A DNA stretch of 64,000 nucleotides from Eledone cirrhosa (Eukaryota): contig OZ024743.1 in the NCBI GenBank assembly GCA_964016885.1, positions 172,298,001 through 172,362,000 on the forward strand. Reading direction: 5' to 3'. Below are positions 36,110 to 50,461 of this stretch, piece after piece (the stretch's first letter is position 1; each line of letters begins with the position of its first letter). The position numbers and the translations under genes are program-made. The notes beneath the pieces are model-generated. The model searched no databases and was not told where the DNA came from. It saw nothing but the letters and a program-made list of their open reading frames with translations.

Positions 36110-38390
36110 TAAACAATTATTATCAGTAAAAACTGATAATAACTCTTTTAATTATAATTCAAACCCCCATACGCCAGATAAATCGAGGATAAGAACTAGA
36201 ACTAAACCAGTCATATGCCCCCCCCCCCCCCTGCTTCTGTCGCAGTTAAAACACAAATCGCAAAATTATTCTTTAAAGCTCTTGACACCTCTTTCCCTAC
36301 TCAACATAAATACCATTCCATTTTTAATAGACATACCATTAAATTCTCGTATTCTACAACCAGTAACATGGCCCAAAACCTCGCCAAATTAAACACTAAA
36401 ATCCTAAAACAAAACCAGCATAATGATATTAATAATAGAGTTAACATAAATGATACTAAACCCAAATGTAATTGTAGAAATAAAACTGATTGCCCTTTGC
36501 AAAATAATTGTTTAGATAGTAATTTGGCTTTATAAATGCACCGTAAAAACTGATCACAATACATACAACTACATAGGATCGACTTTTTTCCACTTTTAAA
36601 GCCAGATTTGCGAACCATAAATGCTCATTCTCGAACTCAAAGAGGAAATCATCCACGTCTTTATCACATCTCATATGGTCATTAAAAGAGAAGAATTTAA
36701 AATACTCCATTCTTTGGACAAAACTTCGGAACTGTGGAGTTTACAACAACTCTAGTATATCAAATAACTGCGCACTCTGTACAATGGAGACCCTGTTTAT
36801 TATTAATAACTACGAGACCCTAATTAACAAAAAAAGTGAATTATTCTCTACAAAACGAGAAAAAAAGAGAGAGAAACATTAAACCATTAAAAACTTGGTT
36901 GTCAGACGTATAAAATCAACAGGGAAAAACTTTAGTGGCCTTTAATATTGTACTATCTTATAACTATCTATAGAAGAAATAACGCTCGAATGAAAGAAAC
37001 TTGTTCAATAACATGCCGGAACATTGATACACATAACATTATTCTGTTAACTTTGATCCATACCATTATTTCTTTTTTTCTCTATGCTTATCTTCCTACT
37101 TAAGTTTTAAATCTGAGTTTTATATCCAACCCTTACATCTTTACTGAACTTATTTATAACTGTGAATTTTTCATGCGTTTCTGATCTCTTATTTATAATA
37201 TGTATGTAATTATATTTTCTATGTTTTTAAATATACCTACCGCATTCTTATATCCATGATTCAAATATAGAGCAAATATCCAAATTACAAATTATTATAA
37301 ACATTATTTTGAACTATGAATTATCCATGCATTTATTATTGTTTTTCTTATATATATATATATGTATTTAACTTTAACACGTAGAACTTTATTATATAAA
37401 ATTATAACCGTTATCATTTACCTAAAGTATACTGTATCACTAATACCTAATATAAGATATATCCATATATAACTCCCAGTATCTTTCTATATATAATTTT
37501 CAGTTAACTTCTAAATTTTTTGATTGTTTTTACTTTGAGCTAGGAATAATTAATACATGTACACACGGTTATATATGGGTATATATTTAGTTTTAACATG
37601 CCTCAATCTATTATTTTATTTTTATTTTATTTTCATTATCATTTACCTAAAATATACTGGCTCATTAATTAATATATATCTATATACATAACCGTTATTT
37701 AAATTTTTCTAACAATAAGTACTTCAAAAGCTTTACATACCTAATACGTTGACAATAACTAACTTCATTAAAGATTACATTTAGGAAAATATTCAACAGT
37801 GTAAACTTTCCTTAATAATGGCCAGCTAAACCCTTTAAATCTTATCATCAAAAAATTCAGAACCTTAGAAATGTTAACACACTTATAAAATTTACAAAAC
37901 TAATATATAAATAACCACCAATTTCTGTTAAAAAAAACTAAAATATTGATTTTTCACCCTAAGATAACATAAATTAAATATTTTCAAACTTAACCGTTTA
38001 ACTTTCGGAAAAAAAATCTCCTTCTGCATACATTACCCCCCTCATCTTTCCCCCTCTCTCTCACTGACTGTTATAATTCATGAAATGCTTTCCTAGATAA
38101 ATTGTAGTATCATACATATTAAAATCTCGATAACTGGTACATTAAGCAACGTTTTTCTTACTCACACATTCTCTATTGAATTTATTGTTTTCGCATTTTC
38201 TCATTATTAGGGTATAAATGTTAAATTTTCTCATAGGTTGATTAAATCTTAACCATTTAACATCTCAGGGTATGTCATGTATCATTATATTTTGTCTGAT
38301 GAGGACGTACTGTTGTACATCCGAAATATGTATAATAAAATGTAATTGATCAAAAGAACATCTATTTTATTAATATTTATATTCTTATAT
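36110..38390 (+). mobile_element. 5'-truncated PLE (linker + GIY-YIG, 3' UTR, pLTR with HHR)
   Basis: FNRHTIKFSYS, CNCRNKTDCPLQNNCL, YIGST..FKARFANH; same family as 1-1525. Confidence 0.85.
38281..38350 (+). ncRNA. Type I hammerhead ribozyme, intact
   Basis: Stem I ATTATATTTTGT/ATAAAATGTAAT (12 bp with GU), CTGATGA 38296, GGA C GTAC/GTAC A TCC, GAAA 38323, loop TATGTA; predicted cut after A38334. Confidence 0.92.
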
Positions 38391-39147
38391 ATGCAAAGTT
38401 TTATTTAAATTGTTGGGTTAACAACGAGTAAATATTTATAACTGATATAAAAGCACTCAACAAGTATTTGGAGTATATTCTTATATATATATATATATTT
38501 GTATATATGTGTGTATGTGTATATATAAATGTGTGTATGTGTCCATTTCTATACATGTGTGCATATATATGTATGTGTCTGTTTCTGTACACGCACGTAT
38601 GTATGTGTGTGTGCGCTTTTTTTAGTGCGTGCGAGTGAATACATGTTTCTATGTATTTTTGTGACTATTTATATTTATGTTTATTTTTTTTTTTTTTATT
38701 ATTTTTTGCCTTTTATATTTTCTTTCCGGCTGTCTGGTCAATGTCCCAGCCTTGGAATATATATTTTTTATTTGGGGCTTTATTTATGTATATGAACATC
38801 ATATGTATGTATATGAGGACTAACATACCTAAATAAGTGTGTCTATGTGTGTATCTATGTATTCTTGCGCACATATATATATATTTTTTTTTTTTTTTTT
38901 TACCCCTAAACTTACGTTCTACATCTGTGCGTATATATTTTTTTCCCGGTATTTTTTATTTTTTTTATTTCAGCTTCGCTTTCAATTGTAATAGCTTTTA
39001 TTTTTTATTTCATATCTTACATCCATATAAAATTTTCCTTTCTAACGAACGACTTCGGACGCCTGATGAGGTCGCCTGTCTTCGTGAAACCTTTGGTAAA
39101 TGGAATAATTGTATTGTGTTGTTTATTACATATTTATATATATATAC

Positions 39148-39225
<78 letters not shown>

Positions 39226-39282
39226 ATAAATATATATATACAATATATTAATAAATGGAAACTATATTTATAAAACCATAAT

Positions 39283-39347
39283 TATTTTATTATATATATT
39301 TCAAGGGCGACCAAGCCACTCTTGGTGTGCTTTCATCAGATAAAATA
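39283..39347 (-). ncRNA. Type I hammerhead ribozyme (solo pLTR, related to 25838)
   Basis: Reverse complement: TATTTTAT CTGATGA AAG C ..ACCAAG agtgg CTTGGT.. C CTT GAAA TATATA TA ATAAAATA. Confidence 0.87.
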
Positions 39348-39424
39348 CAAAATTTGTTTTATAAATAGTGACATAATCATGGAAAACAAGCTTGACGGTT
39401 GAAAATTCGCTGGATATAACTTCT

Positions 39425-39461
<37 letters not shown>

Positions 39462-39599
39462 AGTGTATATGTGTGTGTGTGGGGGGGGGGGTATAAGTGT
39501 GTGTTTTTACTTTGGTTTCACATATAGTATTCTTACCGCTCTTACTATATCTCCATTGTTGAGACTATCTGTTTGTTCTAATTATCGCGTTACATAACT

Positions 39600-39660
39600 T
39601 ATTTTATTATACGTATTTCAAGGGTACTAATTTTTAAGTAAGCTTTCGTCAGTTACATAA
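39600..39660 (-). ncRNA. Hammerhead with degenerate stem I
   Basis: Reverse complement: CTGACGA AAG C TTACT..AGTAC C CTT GAAA TACGTA TA ATAAAAT. Confidence 0.7.
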
Positions 39661-39840
39661 TATTTGGTGTTAAGATAATGACGTATCTTCATGGTATAAG
39701 CCCAATGAAGATATATATATATATATTACTTACTTCAATCAAAATGATAATGACTGATACCTTCAAAAGCATCGTGTTCGTCCGTTCCTTTGTCCCTTGG
39801 AACTTGGATTGCTTAATAATAAAAGTAACCTTATTATATA

Positions 39841-39927
39841 AGAAGCTGCCTGATGAGATCATAGCATTGGATTTAAACACGGAATTACGTGGCCTCTGCT
39901 GTCATTGAAATATATATAACGGTCTTT
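39841..39927 (+). ncRNA. Type I hammerhead ribozyme with long stem II
   Basis: GCTGC CTGATGA(39850) GAT C ATAGCA...TGCTGT C ATT GAAA(39907) TATATA TA ACGGT. Confidence 0.75.
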
Positions 39928-40261
39928 CAAGAAAGGAATTTTAACATCTGAACTACTTTGTATTTCATTATTCTATGGCCTTGTGCCAAAAAGTAGAAAC
40001 AATTATTCTATAGAAACACCGTCATTCATATGCGGAATAAGAACGTTGAGTTCTGGAATGGAAATTGCATGAATCTTTTATTGTATATATATATATATGA
40101 AACTCGAGTCCGGGAACCTTATAGGCACCCGTTTTACGTGTGTTGTGTTGAAGCAAATAACTTTGTGCATACTCTGGTAATGTATCTTAGATTGCCCATG
40201 GAGTGCGCTGAGATACAACAGGCACTGGCATTGCTGGGTCCGTCAACCCTTATTATTATTA

Positions 40262-40366
<105 letters not shown>

Positions 40367-40446
40367 CAGATTAAAGTTTAAGCAAAGAATCGCTGCTTTC
40401 ACCCTTAACGGGATCTTTTGATTTTAGTCTTCAAATTTATTATTAT

Positions 40447-40526
<80 letters not shown>

Positions 40527-40717
40527 TAAAATAACAGATTAATAACATATATATATATATGTATATGTATATATATTTGTGTGTATATGTATATATATGT
40601 GTGTATGTATATACAAGAACCAATTCTAATTTTCAATTTTTGCTGGACCGGCAACCGCTCTGTATAATCAATTCCCGATTATTACTGGAATTCTATAAGA
40701 ATCCAACATTCAAAATG

Positions 40718-40805
40718 TTCAACAAACATGGGGAGTGATAAGCTCTGAGGAATACCAACAGTATGAAACAGAGATCTGTCAGCTTATCTCCCTTTGTTTG
40801 TTGAA
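40718..40805 (+). ncRNA. Canonical type I hammerhead with full stem III and long stem I
   Basis: GATAAGCT CTGAGGA(40745) ATAC caaca GTAT GAAA CAG agat CTG TC| AGCTTATC. Stem I extends via GGGA/TCCC and TTCAACAAACA/TGTTTGTTGAA. GUC cleavage site at 40780. Confidence 0.93.
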
Positions 40806-40951
40806 AAAAGAAGTAAGTGACATAGTCACTACTTTAAAACAATAGAGTAAGCTCTTCAAAATGATTTTAATTAAGCATACAGTTAATTACCAAATACACT
40901 ATATGTACTGTCATATATACATCTCTATTTCAGAGCACCAATTCTAATATA

Positions 40952-41178
40952 TATATGGGATAACAGATTATCGTTTTAGGTAATCCAGTTAGAGGTTGTA
41001 AGTACTCTGTACTATGGATAGTTTTAACGTACGGCGTTTTTTTACTCAACAAGAGGTTTCCATAGTTAGGTAACGAGTTTGCGAGAATTTTCATGCAGGT
41101 TATTCTTGGAGTAATAGTAGTGAAGCAATTGTAAATAAAACTCTTTTTGTACTGCCGACCATGTTATTCTTCACTCTT

Positions 41179-41185
<7 letters not shown>
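40952..41185. mobile_element. Short fold-back derivative of the PLE pLTR seen at 3778-4533
   Basis: 40952-41124 matches 3778-3950, then switches at GTAGTGAA|GCAATTG to the opposite-strand sequence of 4300-4367. The same junction occurs at ~46040. Confidence 0.8.
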
Positions 41186-41222
<37 letters not shown>

Positions 41223-41250
41223 AACAAAGGATGGCTAAAAGAGTTCCATG

Positions 41251-41321
41251 TATTTTATTATGCGCATTTCAAAAACAAATATCATCATGCAATAATATTT
41301 GTGTTTTCATCAGATAAAATA
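41251..41321 (-). ncRNA. Type I hammerhead ribozyme
   Basis: Reverse complement: TATTTTAT CTGATGA AAA C ACAAATATTAT..GATGATATTTGT T TTT GAAA TGCGCA TA ATAAAATA. Confidence 0.88.
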
Positions 41322-41681
41322 GGAAGACATGATATGAAGGTTGAAAAACACTTGTGGATAGTGCAGTTTTAAATCAACATATGAAAAGTAGTTTTAGATT
41401 GATGTGTGATATTGAGAAAAATATTTTTTTGTGGGGGGTGGAAAGGATGAAAAAGAGGAGGAGATGAGAGTAAAAAGTGGAGAGGGAGGAGTATAATGAG
41501 GAAGGATGAGATAGGAGGATAGATGGGTGATAGAGAGAGAGAGATAGCTTTTATGACTGAGAAAAATATATTGTTTTACATAGAGAGGTTGAAAAAAAAC
41601 CGTTGGAAGATAATGTATAAATTAAAAGAATTTGAAAATTAACGAAGAGAAAAATAATGTAAAGTTAAGGTTTGTATATTG

Positions 41682-41850
41682 AAGGGTTTAATAATATGTG
41701 CGATGAAAAGAAAATGTTAATATGTATTAAGAATAATATTTAAGGGTTTAATAATATGTGCGATGGAAAGAAAATGTTAATATGTATTAAGAATAATATT
41801 TAAGGGTTTAATAATATGTGCGATGGAAAGAAAATGTTGATATGTATTAT
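41682..41850. repeat. 60-bp tandem repeat x~2.8 in the PLE 3' UTR
   Basis: AAGGGTTTAATAATATGTGCGATG.AAAGAAAATGTTAATATGTATTAAGAATAATATTT repeated. Confidence 0.9.
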
Positions 41851-42644
41851 TAAAAAGAACAGCAAGTAATGTAAGTAAGGATATATTGTGAGATGAGCAT
41901 GAGTAAGTTAGATGAAAGGGAGAAAAAAATAATGAATTGAGGATGAATAATCTAACGTCAAAAAATGTTTATGTTTACGAAGGATTTTTGCAAGGTAATA
42001 TAAAGTAAGAATGTATTGTATTGTGTAATAATTGTTTCTATGTTAGGCAACAGTGAGAAAGGGTACAGATTAGGGGTTAGACATTAAAAGAAAAGAGAAG
42101 AAAGGGAAAATGAAGAAAGGGAAGTGATAAATAGGAGTGATATAGAATGAGTAACAAGTATTATATAATGTATAATAAATAACTTTGAAATAAGGTAGAA
42201 AGATGGGTATATTTTTAAAGAAGTATATATATATATGTGCCTTTGAGAAAAAGATTCTAAATTGATAAAGTTTTGGATATTAGCTGTATACTTTGTGGAA
42301 TGTTTTGTGGAATTTATGCAAGCAGAGAGAAAACAAGTCAGTGCGTCTATTTATTATAGAATCTAAATTAGATATAATGGTAAATTTTTCATTATACAGA
42401 GATTGCAAATCTTGGATAGAGAACTGTTCAAGTATGGAGACGCAGAAGAAACCTGTTTCCAAAACCTTTTGACAAAAATATTAAATATAGCATCTTTTGG
42501 AAAAAGGTTTCTTCTGCGCCTCAAAAAAAAAAAATATATATATATTTTTCCCAATATCACACATCAATCTAAAACTACTTTTCATATGTTGATTTAAAAC
42601 TGCACTATCCACAAGTGTTTTTTAACCTTCATATCATGTCTTCC

Positions 42645-42715
42645 TATTTTATCTGATGAAAACACAAATATTATTGCATGATGATATTTGTTTTTGAAAT
42701 GCGCATAATAAAATA
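42645..42715 (+). ncRNA. Type I hammerhead ribozyme (inverted pLTR)
   Basis: CTGATGA 42653, GAAA 42696, TGCGCA loop; reverse complement of 41251-41321. Confidence 0.88.
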
Positions 42716-42838
42716 CATGGAACTCTTTTAACCATCCTTTGTTCTTATATATTATGTATACTCCAGTCCTACAAACTGTAGAGTGCTTCTTATCCGATAT
42801 CTGCATTGCTTTATTGTACTACAATGAAACTCACCTCC

Positions 42839-44260
<1,422 letters not shown>

Positions 44261-44275
44261 CATGTGTGTATATAT

Positions 44276-44311
44276 ATATGCAGGAGGAGGTAATTCAGGA
44301 TGGTCAGGTAG

Positions 44312-44379
<68 letters not shown>

Positions 44380-44415
44380 CTACCTGACCATCCTGAATTA
44401 CCTCCTCCTGCATAT
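44276..44415. repeat. Palindrome centred on (TA)n
   Basis: ATGCAGGAGGAGGTAATTCAGGATGGTCAGGTAGGGGA-(TA)n-TCCCCTACCTGACCATCCTGAATTACCTCCTCCTGCAT. Confidence 0.92.
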
Positions 44416-44923
44416 TAACTCTCTAAAAAGGGAAATCATATCAAACCCCAGACTACAATTTGCCTCCATTATGGACCAACCAAACGCTCTTGCCATAATA
44501 ACACATTTTGAACTGCTTATCCTCAAGAACTATGCCTGTAAATAATGATATTCTTTCTTTCCCATTACCTTATCATGTTCCAAATCACCCCTTTTTTTCT
44601 TTTTCTTTTTACTTCAAAAACCTTGTTTGTAAATAATATTATTCTTTCTTTCCGATTTCCTTACCATGTTCAACATCACATTATTTCCTCTCCAACATTT
44701 TATACCAATACAAATTTCCCCCCTTTGATAATGCATAAAATACTGAAACCGGTAATAGACAATTATTAAATAGATAAATAAATAAATAAATAAATAAATG
44801 TTATATATAATAAATAAATTGTTAATTAATAAATAAATTAACTAATACCATAACACTTCACACAAAGTAAATCATTTTGTTCTAACCCAGAAAAAATAGA
44901 AAAAATTAAAAGGAAAAAATATA

Positions 44924-44957
44924 TTTTTCTTCCTAATAATCGTCTTTTTCTCCCTAT

Positions 44958-45043
<86 letters not shown>

Positions 45044-45076
45044 ATAGGGAGAAAAAGACGATTATTAGGAAGAAAA

Positions 45077-45077
<1 letters not shown>
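44924..45077. repeat. Palindrome centred on (TA)n
   Basis: TTTTTCTTCCTAATAATCGTCTTTTTCTCCCTATTTTCA-(TA)n-TGAAAATAGGGAGAAAAAGACGATTATTAGGAAGAAAAA. Confidence 0.92.
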
Positions 45078-45111
<34 letters not shown>

Positions 45112-45115
<4 letters not shown>

Positions 45116-45995
45116 GTCGAACACTGGAAGGTAATATCCGTAGTGGTAGAGCACTCAGTCCAAGGGACGAGTTAGGTAGAAGTGGTTACACAACCGTTAG
45201 TTCACCATACCGAGAACAATTGTTTCACCTTCGCGGATCTTCAGCTCGGGATGTATATGGTTATAGGAACAGGAAGGACAACCGTACGAACGCGCATGCG
45301 CAGAAACACGGTCACTTCACACAGGCAATAGTAGACTGCGTGTGGGGGGGTGTAAGGGAGCTAACTGCGAAAGTCCGGAAAGTTTTTTGGTTGAAAATAA
45401 AATAAAAAATTTCAAAATAAAATTCCAAAGAATCAGTCTGGAGCCTTGTAGTTATGCAATAGATGTTTGGTGACGTGTGGACAACGTGTGAAAATTTCAC
45501 TTCTCGTGTTTAGGCAATCACTATTGCGTAATCTCTTTAGGATAGTTATTCGTTCGTCAATACATAAGCCACACGTCGGATTTCCCCTTGCGTATGGCTT
45601 GGACTTAGTGATGGCTTTCCATTGAATGGAGTACCCTATACTTGAGTCCTTGAGGGACCATACGTGGCTCCCGAGTTTCGTGGATGAACGTCTGTCTGGG
45701 TATCTGAAGGTAGACTGGTGGTTCAGGAAACGCTCCTTGAATCGGCCCTCCACCATGCCCACAGGAGGTCAAATCCTATGTGGGCATGGTGGAGGGCCGA
45801 TTCAAGGAGCGTTTCCTGAACCACCAGTCTACCTTCAGATACTCGGACAGACGTTCATCCACGAAACTCGCGAGCCATGTATGGTCCTTCAAGGACTCAA
45901 GTATAGGGTACTTCATTCAATGGAAAGCCATCACTAAGTCCAAGCCATACGCAAGGGGAAATCCGACGTGTGGCTTATGTATTGACGAACGAATA
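45112..45995 (-). mobile_element. PLE 3' fragment (GIY-YIG 45433-45762 on minus) with fold-back inverted copy (45773-45995 on plus)
   Basis: YVGMVEGRFKERFLNHQSTF...CGLCIDER..LNTRSEIFTRCPH; the two divergent ORFs are near-identical. Confidence 0.9.
45210..45249 (-). ncRNA. Minimal type I hammerhead ribozyme
   Basis: Reverse complement: CCGAG CTGAAGA T CC gcgaa GG T GAAA CAATTG TT CTCGG; lies downstream of the GIY-YIG ORF. Confidence 0.85.
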
Positions 45996-46106
45996 GTTTG
46001 CGAGAATTTTCATGCAGGTTATTCTTGGAGTAATAGTAGTGAAGCAATTGTTAATACTGTAAATAAAACTCTTTTTGTTCTGCCGACCATGTTATTCTTC
46101 ACTCTT

Positions 46107-46191
<85 letters not shown>

Positions 46192-47054
46192 ATATATATA
46201 TATTATATGTATATATATATATTATGTGTGTTTATATGTGTATTTTATATATATATATATGTACATGTATGTATATATTTTATATATATATGTATATATA
46301 TATGTATTTTATATATATATATGTATGTATGGTTTATGTGTGTATGTATATATTTTATATATATATACATATATATTTTATATATATATGTATTTTATAT
46401 GTATATATATATTTTATATATATATATACTTGTGCGTACATATATATATATATACACACCTGTATGGATTTGTGTGTGTAGATGTGTGTGTGTCTGAGGG
46501 AGGTAGATGTGAGTGTATGTACAAGTCAACCAACATAAGCCTTTTATTTCTAAATTTTCTAAACTATCTAAGTATTTGACTCTAACCATTATTTTAAATA
46601 TTACCACCCCACATTAATTCCTCAATTTGTATGTGTGGATGTGTGTGTGTATGGGGAGGTAGGTGTAAGTGTACGTGCAAGCCAACCTACATAAGTCTTT
46701 TTATTTGTAAATTTTCTACTCTAACCATAATTTTCAGTAGCACCACTCCACATAAATTCCTCAAATAAGAATGACCTGTAGTATCTATTTCATACTATTA
46801 ACCTTAATTAAATATATATCTGACCAGGAATGCTTTTTGTGAAAACCTGTCATATGGAACTATTGTCATTTTGCCAACACCATATGCCTATTTGAGGTCA
46901 AATACCAACCCTACTAGCATCTACAAACTGACCAATGAGAATTAAGACTATTCCTGCTGACAACATTAAATTATTCCTAACAAGCTCATATGTCCCAAGG
47001 CTCTGATACCATCAACACTATACACACAGAGCTGGCATATCTAAGAACTGGCTA

Positions 47055-47110
47055 ACTGCCTGATGAGGTCATAGCCATTCAATGGCTATCATCGAAATAT
47101 ATATAGCAGT
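47055..47110 (+). ncRNA. Type I hammerhead ribozyme
   Basis: ACTGC CTGATGA(47060) GGT C ATAGCCA ttcaa TGGCTAT C ATC GAAA(47094) TATATA TA GCAGT. Confidence 0.92.
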
Positions 47111-47322
47111 AAATAAACGATTATGAGTTCATGCAATTGACTTATGTTTCGTCACTATTATAACTCCGGGACTTATATCTTCGTTGAGTGCTCCCTATCC
47201 GCATACTAAAGTCTACGATTTCACAGAACTTTTGTTTACCGAATTCGCAGACCAGATTAATAACACACATATATATATATATATTTATTAAAATAACAGA
47301 TTAATAACATATATATATATAT

Positions 47323-47382
<60 letters not shown>

Positions 47383-48234
47383 ATGTATCTATATATGTGT
47401 GTATGTATATACAAGCACCAATTCTAATTTTCTGTTATATCGCTCAAATATGCAATTTTGTATTATAAATTTTATATTAAAAAAATAAAATGGTTATATA
47501 TGGAAGAAAACCCCCTCTGTCTACACTATATAGAACAGCCAAATAACAGCAATTTTACCAAAGCCACAAACTAGATACACCACCTATCCCATCACCCCTC
47601 TGTGTACATTAAATACAACAGCCAGGTAACGGCAATTTCACCACCACCACCACCAATCCCAGCATAATAATAATAATTACTATTATTGTATCTCAAGTTT
47701 TCTCAAAATGTTTAATTCAAATATTAAGATAATATGTCAACACATATATTAAACATACGCGACAAACCGCATAGATATACAGATCAAACAAACCCATACT
47801 ACTACAGCCTATTCAACAGAACTCAGTAACGACAATGCCATCACTATATTCACCGCCGCCACAACTACATTATTGCTACCACTATCCCATCACTATAGTC
47901 ACCGCCGCCACCACTCCTTCATTGCTACCACCACTATTCCCCACTATCTTCTGTTAACTTAAGAAAGTGGAAGGTGGTGGTATCACTAGACAAGGGAGAG
48001 GCTAGCAAAAGATATAAATGGACTGACTTAGTGACCCGGTCAAACGTCAACGACTATGGTACTGCTGGCTCTCCCCTTCCCCACGAACAATAGAAAAAGC
48101 GCCAGCACCAGCACTGACATAGCCAACATTAAAAACAGGCAACTTCAACAAAAAGTATATTATATTATTAATAATAATTTCATTCTTAAGCCACGCAATG
48201 CTCACATTAGGGAACCACTCATGATAATAACAAT

Positions 48235-49725
48235 TTAAAAAAACAACAAAAAAGAAAACCCGTGACCAAGAAATACCGAGATGGCGGCCGGCGGGGAATA
48301 GCCGTGTCTCTAGGGGAGGACGACCCCTCTAGTCTTGGTTGACACTCGTCCTAGAAGTGGTAACACGAAATGATTACCCCTTGGCGGTTAAGGATAAAAC
48401 GCGACAAAATAAAGTAAATGTTAAATGATAAAATCTCATACCGGATCGGCCGTCACCCGGGTCAAAAAGGGCCGCGTCCCTCAGAGAGGAACCAGACTGG
48501 GGTCGAAAAATCAGCTAGTGGTTCAAACCTTCCCATCACTTCGGAGCTGGAGACCTCCCATAACCGGAATACTCCTACTGTTGGCCCTCCATGCTCACCA
48601 CCAAGAAGTCCAAAGAAAAAGAGAGAAAAATGGTCAAGGGAAGACAATAAAGAAGTTCTTAAGGCTTTCTTCAATGTACTACCCATCAAATAGATCGAAA
48701 ACAGAACAGACATATATCAACTGGAAAAAGAAACATCCCGAAAACAGAGGCTATATTGACAGTAACAAACTAGCCAATATGCGAAGAAATATTGTAAAAA
48801 AAAGTTACTAACTGATTTAGAAATTGATCAGATCAAGCTATTAGCACAAAGTCAGCGAAGGCAATTTGAAACATGTGTCAGTGAAAACGAGGTAAATTGT
48901 AACACTTCGAATCCCAGGGTTGGGGCGGAATCACTGACAACCGAACAAATTAAAGAAAGGATCGAAAAAGTGGAGGGAGGGCATGCTCATGATAAAACTC
49001 AAAATGAAAACAATGAGATCGTAAATTATAAAGAAATGAATGAGAATGAATTTGCCAACTTGAAGGATGAAATTATGATCGAATGGATGAAAGAATCTGA
49101 CATGGGGGAACGAGACACTCTCCCTAAGATCCAGAACTCCAAACAGAACCAAAGATAATACACAAGACTAACATAATTCTCAAAAACATTATCATCACAA
49201 ACAAACTAAACATTACTGATTTAAATCATCTCTATTATGCATCAGCTAAAGTCACCATTCACTTATGTGGAGTGAAGATGAAAAAACAAAGGAATTCCCA
49301 CAAGAAACCTACTTGGCAAGAGAACATCAATCGCCAAATAAACCTTCTCCGATCTGACATAGAAATTTTAACAAACTACAAAGTAGGTGAACATGTTAAA
49401 CAAACTAAACTTAGAAAATGGAAAAGAAAACACAGTATAAAATCAACAAGTGACATAGACATGCTGATAGAAATAATCAAGCAAGAAAGTGTGGCCAAAG
49501 CTGCTCGTTTAAGACGCTTTGAAGAACGATCTAGATTCTATAAGGACAATAATATGTTCAAAAACAACCAAAGAAACTTCTACAGAAAAATTGGCAAGTC
49601 AACAATAACTGCTAAATCAATACCACCCAAGGAGGAAGTGCAAGAATTCTGGGAAAAGATCTGGGTCGAAGAAAAAGTTCATAATATACATGCCATATGG
49701 ATAGACAGACAAATGAAAGATACAC
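48235..49725 (+). mobile_element. 5' ~1.5 kb of the R4/Dong element (duplicate, 3'-truncated, frameshifted)
   Basis: Colinear with 50460-51965; ends at ...CAAATGAAAGATAC. Confidence 0.92.
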
Positions 49726-50461
49726 CATCACTACAGTAATATGATCACATCACCACCACCACTGCCTCGGTATCGACATCACCACCACCACTGTCTCAGT
49801 ATCGATACCGCCGCTACTGTCTCCCACATCTCCACGCTGGCTGCTGCCACCACATTATAGAATTACTATTATAGAATTACTATTATTATTGTCTCAAATT
49901 TTAAAAAAAAAATGTTTAATTCCAATTTTACGGGAATATGTCAACACAAAATATAATAAAAATATATATTAAACATACGAACACAAACTCATAGATACTA
50001 CATATCAGTAACCACAACGCCACCGCTGCCACCACCCCACCCCATCCATCATTGCTACCACAATCCCATCGTCGCCGCCACCACTCCTTCAATGCTACCA
50101 CCACTATTCCCCTGTTAACATGAGAGAGAAAGGGGAAGGTGGCGGTATCACTAGACAAGGGAGAGGCTAGCAAAAGATATAAATAGATTGACTTAGTGAC
50201 CTGGCCACCGGACAAACGTCAACATCAACAACTATGGGACTGCTGGCTCACCCCTTCCTCACCAACAATATAAAAAGCCCCGGCACCACCACCGACATAG
50301 CCAACAACAATAACAGCCAACTACAACAAAAAGTATATTATATTATTGTAATGCACTGGGTGATTGCTGGCCTTGTGCCTGGAGTGGAGACAATTATTAA
50401 TAATTTCATTCTTAAGCCACGCAATGCTCACATTAAGGAACCACTCATGATAATAACAATT

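Larger units (their letters stand above)
41215..42845 (-). mobile_element. PLE 3' fragment flanked by inverted pLTRs (41215-41420 / 42545-42845)
   Basis: GIY-YIG C-terminus (..SPYLNSSLSKICNLC..EKFTII...DLFSLCLHKFHKTFHKVYS) homologous to 31250-31430; near-perfect terminal inverted repeats. Confidence 0.88.

Noticed and set aside
39055-39105. CTGATGA...GAAACCTTTGGTA
   Set aside because: Core motifs are present but no convincing stem I or II can be drawn; at best a decayed HHR.
46075-46607. YIYI-rich ORFs (also at many other (TA)n sites)
   Set aside because: Microsatellite read-through.
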